A stretch of 64,000 bases of DNA, taken from NCBI GenBank assembly GCA_000004695.1, contig CM000154.2:4864001-4928000 (forward strand), in the 5' to 3' direction. The notes under the pieces were generated by a model. It saw only the letters and a program-made list of their open reading frames with translations, did not search any database and was not told where the DNA came from. Shown one piece after another: positions 22,392-32,036 of the stretch (position 1 is its first letter; every line of letters starts with the position of its first letter). This DNA is from Dictyostelium discoideum (lineage: Eukaryota). The position numbers and the translations under genes are program-made.

Positions 22392-25222
22392 TTGTTCACC
22401 ATTTGTATTTTCATCTTGATTATCATTATCATCATCATCATCATCATCACCACTATCATCATCACTAATTAAAGAATTTCTATAATTAATAAGATTTGTA
22501 ATAGTTTGATCGTTTTTTAAATCCTCTTGTAATTTTAATTGTTTTTCCATTGTATCTTTTAATTTTGAAAGATGAGTCGAAGTTTTATCTTTTTTTGGTT
22601 TTAAAGTTGTAAAAGTGATTTTACCAACTTGAACTTGTTGTTGTTCTTCTTTTTCAATTTGTAATCTAACTTGTTCAATTTCTTGTTCTGAAAGAATTGG
22701 AAATTGTGGTTCCAACCATTGTTCATGAATTGAAGATGTGATAAAGACTGGTTCATTATCGATGATTTCATTTGTTGATTTAATTTGACCACCATAAAGA
22801 TTATAGATTCTAATTTTCTTTGGATCATATTCAACCAAATCTGAATCAACAGGAATTAAAAGTTTATTCAATTGATTAACGATTGATTCTTTAAATTCAT
22901 TGAATTTACTATTAACAAATAATTTAAATAATTGTTTCTTTGAGCCATTTTTACAAACTGTAACAGATAATGAACGAACTGGTTGTGAATTTTTAGAATG
23001 ACCACCAGTACTATTTGACATTAATGGTTTTTGATGATGATGATAAAAACTTTGAGTTAATAATTTCTTTAATGTTTTTTGGCAAGATTCTAAAGCATCT
23101 GCTTTTTCTTTTACACCAATGGTATTTGAATTGTAAGCATGTAAAAAGAAGACAGCATTTTGTAAAAGATCGAAATGTCTTTTATTTGTGTATGTTCTTT
23201 CAGTGATGTTTGAAATTAATGATTGATAGATATGTTTAATGATTGGGTCATTACTATGGAATTTACCCTTGAGAAACTCCTCAATGAATGACGAATCTAC
23301 ACTTGAATTATTGCTTGAAATTGTGTCTAAAAAGATTCTAGATTTATTTTTTCTATTCTCATCAATCATTGAACCTGTACAAGTACCATGATCGGAATAA
23401 TCTTTACCACAACTATAACAAAATTGATAACGACATCTTGAACAAGTCATATGATTACAACCCCATGATTTTTCAACTGGGAATTTACATCTACCACAGA
23501 TGGTGGTATTTTCAACAATCCAACGATAACTAAATAGATCACTCTCGTTATGAACTGGTTTATTGCATGGTACTGGCCAATGATAAGAATTTTTCTTACA
23601 AAATAAACAAATTACATGACCGTTGCAACTAATGAATGGGGAATATTTTAAAGCCAATGTTTTTCTCTTTAAATCTGTAGCGACCAATCTAGTACATCCT
23701 TCATATTGACATGGATGAACCGTATTATTTGAATTATAAGAAATATCTTTAATTAAATTTGATGAAATTCCTCTTGATTTACATAATTCAATTGATAATG
23801 ATTCAATAGTAACTTCATCAATTGATTTATTTAAACAATCGGCAGTTAAACAACCAATTGAAATGGAACCACCACTACCATCATTAATTGATGTTGTAAA
23901 ATATTGACTCATACAACCAATACAATAAGAATGACCACAAATTAATTCAATCATTTCATTAACTTCATATTCACAATAACAAATTGAACATTCTTTTTCA
24001 AATTGACTTGATTGGTCAACCAATGTGATTTGTGGTGTTTTAAATTTATACAATTCAATATCCTTTGATTTATGTGGATAACTATTTGTTCTAACACTTT
24101 GACAATCTAATGATATCACTGGTTTAACATCCCAACCATTTTTAAATAATAATTTTTTTGCCACTGAATGTGGAATATTGAAATGATTTGAAACCATTTC
24201 ACAACGTTGATAAATTTCTTGATAAAACTTATTCGTAGTTTCAGATTTCAATAATTCATGTTCATTAAATAAATTTACACAAGTGTCTAAAATTGAACCA
24301 CCACTTCTACTTAACATACAATTATCATAATATTGTTGAATCAATGCAACAATTGCCACGATATCATTTTTATCTTTTTTAAATTGAGTATCAATAATTT
24401 CTTTTAATTCATTCTCTCTGTTTTTTAAACTTATCTTTTCATAATCATTATTCTCATTTAATTCTATAATAATTTCATATGAATAATCGAGTTGGACTGT
24501 TGTTGGTTTTTCAATTAAATAAAACCAAATTCTTGAATCTTTTTCATTATTTGAAATTAAAACTTTACAACGGTATGGATAAGATTCACCAATTAAAACT
24601 TTATTTTTCAAGGTTAATAATTGTTTAATTATACAATTATAAAACTTATTCTTATTCTCTGATACGTCATTGAATAATGAAAGATATTGATTTTCAGATT
24701 CGAGTTTATTTAATTTCTCTTGATATTCTTGTGATGTTGTTAATAGTTTTTTCTCTTCAACATCATCTGGATCAACATCAGAAATTGCACTAATTGATAC
24801 AATTAATATTTGATTATTATATGTATTATCTAAACTCTTAATTCTACGATTACCATTTTCATTAGTTGTTCTAACTCTAATATGTGATCTATCTGATGTT
24901 GTTAATTTAAATTTATTAATTAACAATCCTAAAAATCCTGAAAATGTAAGATTTGTTGGAATTACCAAAACAATACTTTCTTTTTCATTTTCATTCTTTT
25001 TAAAATAAATAAAAAAAAAAAAAAATAATAATAAAAAAAAAATAATAGTAATAAAAAAAAAAAATTGGAAGTTAGGAATTTGATTTCTTTTTTATTTTTT
25101 TTTTTTTTTTTAATTTTATTTTTTTATATGTTTACCTTTTCATAAAAAATTGTGAATCTTTTTCTAAGGTCAGGTGTATTAACTAAAACATATAATGATT
25201 CTTCATTATTTTTATTTGACAT
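22164..25222 (-). CDS. RBR (RING1-IBR-RING2) E3 ubiquitin-protein ligase (~972 aa). Exons 25222..25136 and 24995..22164.
   Basis: The long ORF has no in-frame ATG (track start is TTG). Upstream ATG exon ATGTCAAAT...GAAAAG|GTAAAC (MSNKNNEESLYVLVNTPDLRKRFTIFYEK) joins in phase 0 to acceptor ttttaaaaag before 24995. RING1 CSICYCEYEVNEMIELICGHSYCIGCMSQYF. IBR C...PCQYEGCTRLV...CNGHVICLFCKKNSYHWPVPC. RING2 ICGRCKFPVEKSWGCNHMTCSRCRYQFCYSCG. Long acidic poly-D/N tail. Confidence 0.8.
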
Positions 25223-25713
25223 TATTATTTTTTTTTTTTTTTTTGGTTCACAACTTTTTATTTGTATATTGTTATTGATAACAATTTGGTTTTTTTTTTT
25301 TTTTTGAAAAAAAAAAGTTTAAAAATAAAAAAAAAACAAAAAAAAAAAAATTAAAAAAATAAGATATTTTGGAAAGTTTCGAGAAAAAGAAGTTTAAAAA
25401 ATAATAATTTCAAAGATTTGGTTTACTGTAATATTAATAACTTTTATTTGGAAATTTTTAACTTTATAAATAGTTTTTATATCAGATATAGGGTAAATAT
25501 ATAATTTTAATTTTATTTTTTTTTTATTTTTTTATTTTTTTTTTTTTTTTAAGATTAATAATTAAAAGAAATATCATAATATAATCATTTCCTTTTTTTT
25601 TTTTTTTTTAATTTTTTTTTTGTACAATTAAATTTTTTAATTTTTATTTATTTTTTTTTTTTTTTTATTTTTTCCAACATGTAAATAATTATTGAAAAAA
25701 AAAAAAACGAACG

Positions 25714-25762
<49 letters not shown>

Positions 25763-25904
25763 CAATCTTTTTTTTTTTTTTTTTGATAAGATTGGATTAT
25801 TTATTTATATTATATTTTTTTTCCTTTGTATTATATATTTTAAATCAACTTTATAAAAATAAATAAATAAAAAATAAAAATAAATAAATAAAAATATAAA
25901 GAAA

Positions 25905-27053
25905 ATGTCAAAACCAAATAAAGCTAAATTACAACAACAAAAGAAAGGTAAAAAATCAACAACAACAGCAACAACCACAAAGAAAGAATTAACATCAGAA
26001 GAATATATACAACAAGGTGAAAAATATGCAAGTGAATATCATTTCGATAAAGCATTAAGTAGTTTTGAAAATGCATTGAAATTAGATCCAATCAATACAT
26101 TAGTGATGGATACAATCGGAGAGATATTAGTAGAGAATGGTGATATAGAGAACGCTAAAACTTATTTCTTAAAATCAATTAAAACCGATCCAGAAGATTC
26201 ACCATCCAAATACATGAATTTAGGGCAATTGGTCGGTGGTGATGATGCATTGAATTGTTATAGAAAAGGCATACAAATTATGGAACGTGAATTAAAACAA
26301 CTAATTAAAGAACAAGGTTCAAAATATAATGATTTACAACATATTCCAAGACCATTAAAATCATCATCACCAGTTGGTGAGGATGACGATGGCGAGGATA
26401 CAGTTTACGAATCAGATGAAGATGATCCAATAATTATATTAAAACAACAATTATGTTCAGCATTATGCTCAATTTCAGAATTATATTTAACTGATCAATG
26501 TTTTGATGACGATGCAGAGGATCAATGTGAGAGCAATTTAAAGAGGGCTATTGGATACTCACCAAACTCACCAGAACCTTATAGTTTAATGGCATCAATG
26601 AAGATTAGTCAAGTAAAGAATCAAGAGGCAATTGAATATTTGAATAAATCATACCAACTTTGGGAGCATTCTGATATTGATGATCGTCCAGAATTTGATT
26701 ATCGTTTCAACATTTCATTATTATTCATAGAATTAAAAGAGAATAGAACTGCTGTCGACATTTTGGAACAATTAGTAAATGAACAAGATAATATAGCTGA
26801 ATTATGGTACACTTTAGGTGTTGTCTATAATAATCTAAATGAACCATTATCAGCTCAAGAATGTTTAATCACCTCAAAAGAATTATTAAAAATCGCTGCT
26901 CCACAAGGTAGAGATGAAGAATTGGAACATTTAACAAATACTTTATTAAAAAAGGTTGAAATTGATGTTTCTAAATTATCTCCTGAAGAAATTGAAGCTT
27001 TGAATAATGATAATGATGAAGATGAAGCAGAACAAGAAGAAATGGATGAATAA
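25905..27053 (+). CDS. TPR-repeat protein with acidic C-terminal tail (382 aa), single exon. Possibly an Acl4/UPF0661-type ribosomal-protein chaperone (family assignment is weak).
   Basis: ATG 25905. Basic N-terminus, TPR-like helical repeats (YIQQGEKYASEYHFDKALSSFENALKLDP..., AKTYFLKSIKTDPED..., ELWYTLGVVYNNLNEPLSAQECL). D/E-rich tail ...NDNDEDEAEQEEMDE*. Confidence 0.6.
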   Translation: MSKPNKAKLQQQKKGKKSTTTATTTKKELTSEEYIQQGEKYASEYHFDKALSSFENALKLDPINTLVMDTIGEILVENGDIENAKTYFLKSIKTDPEDSPSKYMNLGQLVGGDDALNCYRKGIQIMERELKQLIKEQGSKYNDLQHIPRPLKSSSPVGEDDDGEDTVYESDEDDPIIILKQQLCSALCSISELYLTDQCFDDDAEDQCESNLKRAIGYSPNSPEPYSLMASMKISQVKNQEAIEYLNKSYQLWEHSDIDDRPEFDYRFNISLLFIELKENRTAVDILEQLVNEQDNIAELWYTLGVVYNNLNEPLSAQECLITSKELLKIAAPQGRDEELEHLTNTLLKKVEIDVSKLSPEEIEALNNDNDEDEAEQEEMDE

Positions 27054-27177
27054 AAAAAAAAAGTAAAAAAAATAAAAATAAAAATAAAAAATTTAAAAAT
27101 AATTTATTAATTTATTTATTTATTTCACACCCTCTTTCGTGTTTTTGGGTTTTTTTTAAAAAAAGTGTCAAAACTTA

Positions 27178-27667
27178 TTATTTTGTTGGTGGTGGTGGTT
27201 TTCTTAAAGTTCTTTCATATTTCTTTTTACTTTGAGATAGTTGTTTACTATAAAGATATAGTAAACTATTTAAATCGATTTTATCTGGTATTTGAATGAA
27301 TCTAATATTCCTACTTTGGATTAATATCTCTTGAACATGTTCATCTCTTTTATTCTTGTATCTTGTATTTGTTAATTTTGCATCAGAAAGTTCAATACTA
27401 GTATTAAGAGTGAATGAGTGAGTGAGTATATATTAGTATTGATTTTAATATTGGGTATAAATAAAAAACATACTTTAAATATGCATCGACATTAGTAATT
27501 GTACCATAGATTTCACAATTTGATCTTAATTGTATTGTAATTTGTGTTCCTCTTAATGCTGTGAATACACATAAAAGTGATTGAAATTCTTTAGCTATAA
27601 ATTTTTTTTTGCTATTATTGGTATTGTTTTTTAAATCTTTTTCATCTTTTTTATATGTTATTGACAT
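27178..27667 (-). CDS. Sm-fold protein, closest to U7-snRNP LSm10 or an SmD1 paralogue (~137 aa). Exons 27667..27474 and 27397..27178.
   Basis: ATG 27667. GTATGT donor after 27474 (phase 2), acceptor aatactag before 27397. Sm1-Sm2 core LLCVFTALRGTQITIQLRSNCEIYGTITNVDAYLNIELSDAKLTNTRYKNKRDEHVQEILIQSRNIRFIQIPDKIDL matches the SmD1/LSm10 pattern (G..V.VEL.....V.G.I..VD..MN..L......R.....L......GRNIRY..IPD). No RG-rich C-terminal tail (ends KPPPPTK). Long basic N-terminal extension. Confidence 0.6.
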
Positions 27668-29030
27668 TGATTTGACATAAACACATAATCATACGCATGA
27701 TGATTTTTTTTTTTTTTTTAATTTTTTGTTTTTTTTTTTATTGACTGTTTTTTTGACAATTTTTTATTTTTTTTTATTATTTTTAATTAAAAATTTTATT
27801 TTTAGAATTTAATTATTTTTTATATTCTTTTTTTTGTAATTTTTTATTTATTTAGAAGAAAAATGGGAAGGGAATAAATTTTCTATTAAAAAAAAAATAA
27901 AAAAAAAAATAAAAAAAACTGATTGGGTTGGAATAGTTATTACCTTTTTTTTATTTTTTATTTTTTATTTATAATTTTTTAATTTTTAAATCAAAAAAAT
28001 AAATGAATTAAATCTGGATTGAAAAAATAAAATCAATTTTTATTTCTTTTTTAATTTTTTTAAATATAAAATATAATCCCTTTCATTGTTTAAAATATAG
28101 AAAAAAAAAAAAAAAAACATCACATAATTCAGCCCCCGAATAATCTAGATTATTAATTCCAAAAATAGGTCTGTAAATTAACAAATAATTTTTTCCAAAT
28201 TTGAAAAAAAAAAACAAAAAATTAATAGATAATAATTATGAAAAATAAAAAAGGTTAAATGGGTTTAAATATTTTTTTTTTAATTTTATTTTTGATCTTA
28301 TAAAAAAAAAAAAAAAAATTGGGAATTTATTTGGTATAAATAGAGCCAATTTTTTTTTTTTTTTTTTCTTCATTTTTATTAACCAACAAACAAAGAAATT
28401 GTAGCTTTCTAAAAAAAATTGAGTAATTCTTAAGGTTGGCCGGATATAAAAAATTCATTATCTAAGTGGTGAAAAGTAATTATGATGCACTAATCGCCTT
28501 TATTTTTACATTTATTTTTTATTTTCTATTCAGCTCCACTTTAAAAAAATAATTTAGTTTATTTATCTGTTTTTTAATTATTTATATTTCCAATTGAAAA
28601 AAAAAAAAAAAACCAAAAAAAAATTAAAAAAAAACCTACTTAGACATGGAGGGGATAAAAGAAATAAAGGAGTTAATATATTGAAAAATATCTTTCTTTT
28701 GGAAGGGGTTTTATTAATTCCTTTATTTCATTTTCTTCTTCATGTCTATGTAGTTTTTTTATTATTTTTTCAAATGGAAAAATAAATAATTAAAAAATAT
28801 TGATTTACAAATCTCTGTTGAATCAGATTCTAAAGAAAAAAAAATAATAATCCAAAATATTAAAAAAATATCAAATATAAAATATATGAGATAACAATCA
28901 TTATAAACAGTTACACCCGAATATACCAGCATTTATAAATATAATAAAGTAAAAGAAAGATCAAAACATATAATTTCATTTGAAAAAGATAGAAATAAAA
29001 AATTAGACAAAAAAGAAACAATATAAACAC

Positions 29031-29211
29031 CAGATGATAATAATAATAAAAAAAAGGAAAAAGAGTAAATAGAGGAAAAAGAGTAAATAGAGCAATTAGA
29101 AAGATATAAAGAAACATTTGTTTATAATTTCTTTATTTCTTTCTTCTTCTATTTCCTCTTTTTCCTTACTTTCCTCTTTTTCCTTTTTTTATTATTATTA
29201 TCATCATCTGG
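29031..29211. repeat. Long imperfect palindrome (two ~85-bp inverted arms, centre ~29121) containing internal direct repeats.
   Basis: Left arm cagatgataataataataaaaaaaaggaaaaagagtaaatagaggaaaaagagtaaatagagcaattagaaagatataaagaaa. The reverse complement of the right arm (..ttatttctttcttcttctatttcctctttttccttactttcctctttttcctttttttattattattatcatcatctgg) matches it with about 85-90% identity. Confidence 0.6.
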
Positions 29212-29254
29212 TCCATAGATTCACATCATAAGTTTTTAATGTTTGTTTAATATT

Positions 29255-29259
29255 TTATT

Positions 29260-29334
<75 letters not shown>

Positions 29335-29400
29335 TTATTATTTATAATTATTGTTTTATTATTATTATTTTATTATTAATATTATTACTATTATTATCAT
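29255..29400. repeat. (TTA)n-rich microsatellite
   Basis: attattattatt... run with minor interruptions. Confidence 0.85.
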
Positions 29401-30060
29401 ATACAATGTCACCAAGTTTGATCTTGGATAATTTGCAAAATTGGACATAAAATTTAACAGGTGGATTTTTATTTAAATTTGTTGTTCCACTTGAGCTGCT
29501 GCCACTACTATTACTACTACTACCAATAATATCTCTAAAACCTAAACTATTACTACAATTTTCCTACCACACCAATACTATTTCCATCAACTGAATTTAA
29601 ACTTGTTGAGTTTGTTATTGATACTGATGTTGCAGTTGAGGTATTGGTAGTAATTGTTGTATTTGTTGACAATAAGGAAGAATGTGAAATGGAAATTTGA
29701 TAAAATTGAACAGAGAAATGAAAAGTTTTGCAAATTCTAGAGAAATGATAAACTTTATGAACTAATTTACTCTTTGTATTTATACCAATGTTTCTTTGAT
29801 ACTTTATAAATAAATTGGAGATTCAAGTTTCAAACCAATATTTAAAATGGTACCTTTGAATTGACCAGACCTCGCTAGATAGCTGTTAATGCCGTATTAG
29901 ATGCAAACAATATCAAAAATTGGAAACAATTTTACCACCACCCCAAGAGAATTCAATATTTGAAACTCGTTAAGAAAATGATTAAGGTGATGCATTCCAT
30001 GATAGATTGCCATGGTACTTTTCCCGAAAATATTTTCGGGTTGTATAGCAGTTAGAGTAA
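29401..30060. other. Non-AT-rich island (~35-40% GC) with frameshifted coding-like fragments on the minus strand and a perfect 18-bp palindrome. Possible pseudogene or relic of a mobile element.
   Basis: Minus-strand frames read ...ISISHSSLLSTNTTITTNTSTATSVSITNSTSLNSVDGNSIGVVGKL* and, in a +1-shifted frame, ENCSNSLGFRDIIGSSSNSSGSSSSGTTNLNKNPPVKFYVQFCKLSKIKLGDIVYDNNSNN..., with no clean splice solution between them. cccgaaaatattttcggg at 30023-30040. Flanked by (TTA)n on one side and (AAAAT)n on the other. Confidence 0.25.
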
Positions 30061-30199
30061 CTACTTATATCAATGTTTTAATTTTTTGAAATAAAATAAA
30101 ATAAAATAAAATAAAATAAAATAAAACAAAATAAAATAAAATCTACTTTATATATTTATTTATTTATTTATTTTTGTCTTTAAACTTTTTTTTATTATT

Positions 30200-31222
30200 T
30201 TATTTTGGAATTATAGAAATTATATAATCAGCTAAATTTGAATCATTTGATTCTTTCCAAGATTGATAATAAATTCCTATGGAATCAATAAATGATGGTT
30301 GTGTAGGATGATAACCTAATAATGTTTCTGCTTTTTTAAAAGATAAACGTTGATTAAATTGCATACCAGTTAAGAATAAATCAGATTCTGGTGCTTCAAC
30401 ATATTGAATTGAAATTGGTTTATTATTATTATTATTTAAATTTTTATTATCAAAGTCAATTCCAATTGATTTAAAATGATACTTATAAATTAACTTCAAT
30501 AAATCATCAACTCTTTCTGTATAAGAATTTGCAATGAAAATTTCACCTCTAATCTTTGAAGCATTTTTAATTAAAAGTAAATAAAATTTACATAAATCAA
30601 AAATATGAATAAAACCTTGATAAAATCCATTTGGATATTTTTTATTATTACCATAGGTTTTAATTATATGTTTTTCAGCAGCAGCACTATTATTATCATC
30701 ATTATTGAATGATTGATTTATACATTCAAAATAGTAACTACAATATGAACAATTTAAACCATAAATCATAGTTGGTATGATAATTATTGCGTTAATTCTT
30801 CTATAGGTGTCTTCAATTTCTTTAATTGCTTTCCAACCATCTGTATTTAATCTTGAATTTGATTTTTCATCTATTAAATTCTCATTATCACCAAATGAAA
30901 ATGAAGCATTTGTGAAAATGATTGTTAAATTATCACCTTTGATTTCTTTTAATTTAACCAAATAATTTAAAACTAATTTTGGTGTTTCTGGATTTCTTGA
31001 TGAAATCGATTCGATAACTATATCAATCTCTGTTTCAACTAAATTAAACCATTTACTTTCATCACTAACATCGCAAATAATTGGTATAATTTCATTTCTT
31101 TTCATTTTTAATCTATCATTTTCATCAATTGACATTCCATAAACTTTATAACCTTCTCTTCTTAATGCACAACCAACATTAAATCCAATGAACCCAACTC
31201 CTAATATTAAAACTGATACCAT
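30200..31222 (-). CDS. NAD(P)-binding Rossmann-fold protein, NAD-dependent epimerase/dehydratase family-like (340 aa), single exon.
   Basis: ATG 31222. N-terminal dinucleotide-binding motif VLILGVGFIGFNVGCAL. Length and hydrophobic pattern typical of extended SDR/epimerase proteins. Confidence 0.6.
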   Translation of the reverse strand: MVSVLILGVGFIGFNVGCALRREGYKVYGMSIDENDRLKMKRNEIIPIICDVSDESKWFNLVETEIDIVIESISSRNPETPKLVLNYLVKLKEIKGDNLTIIFTNASFSFGDNENLIDEKSNSRLNTDGWKAIKEIEDTYRRINAIIIIPTMIYGLNCSYCSYYFECINQSFNNDDNNSAAAEKHIIKTYGNNKKYPNGFYQGFIHIFDLCKFYLLLIKNASKIRGEIFIANSYTERVDDLLKLIYKYHFKSIGIDFDNKNLNNNNNKPISIQYVEAPESDLFLTGMQFNQRLSFKKAETLLGYHPTQPSFIDSIGIYYQSWKESNDSNLADYIISIIPK

Positions 31223-32036
31223 TATTTTTTTATTAATTTATTTAATTAATTATTTATTTATTTATTTATTTTATTTATTTATTTTATAAATTTATTTTAT
31301 TTATTTATTTTATCTTTTCATTTATTAAATGAAAATTTAAAAAAAAAAAAAAAAAAAATTAAAAAAAAAAAAAAAATTATTGTTGTGTGGTAAATTAATA
31401 CACACTGTTTTTTTTAATGAAAACATTTCTGAAAAGAAAATATGAAAATCTAAAAAAAATACATTTCCCAATGGAAATATTCATGCCACAGAGTTAACTT
31501 TATAAACATAATCATTAAAGATATTAATAAACAATGTAATTGTTGTGTAAATTTTTACACAGCAGTTGGTGTGATGCTGCAAAAAAAAAAAAAAGAAAGT
31601 TGATCATTTTTTTATGAAATCTTGGCATACCCTTGATATCAAATTTTGAAAAAGGTTTTTTTATTTTGTTTTTTTTATTTTTCTCACTTTTTAATTTTTT
31701 TTATTTATTTATTCAAATGAATTGGCTAACATCACTGAAAAACTTATTCCACTTCTTCGCCATATCAAAAACTAACAATTGAGGTACTGCCAAGGAAAAA
31801 GATAAGTTATGGATCATATGTCACATTAATCTACTACTTAAAAAGATCTTTAACTAAACAAATAACTTAAAATAAAAGATCACTTTTTAATAACCAAAAC
31901 AAAATACAGCTATAATAATAAATATATTAAAAACAATAATGGGGGTAGTTTTTAAATTTTTTTTTTCTATTTTTATATTATTTTTTTATTTATTTTAATT
32001 TTTTTTTTAAATTTTTTTTTTTTTTTTATTATATAT

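Noticed and set aside
22211-22849. Antisense or alternate-frame ORFs inside the RBR ligase gene (22211..22465, 22601..22849, 23015..23206)
   Set aside because: Overlap a well-supported long coding exon on the other strand or frame. Compositionally M/I/K-rich artefacts of the acidic/Asn repeats.
27178-27667. Calling the Sm-fold gene plain SmD1
   Set aside because: SmD1 is near-invariant across eukaryotes and carries an RG-rich tail. This protein is diverged, lacks the tail and has terminal extensions, so LSm10-like or paralogue is preferred. Stated as uncertain.
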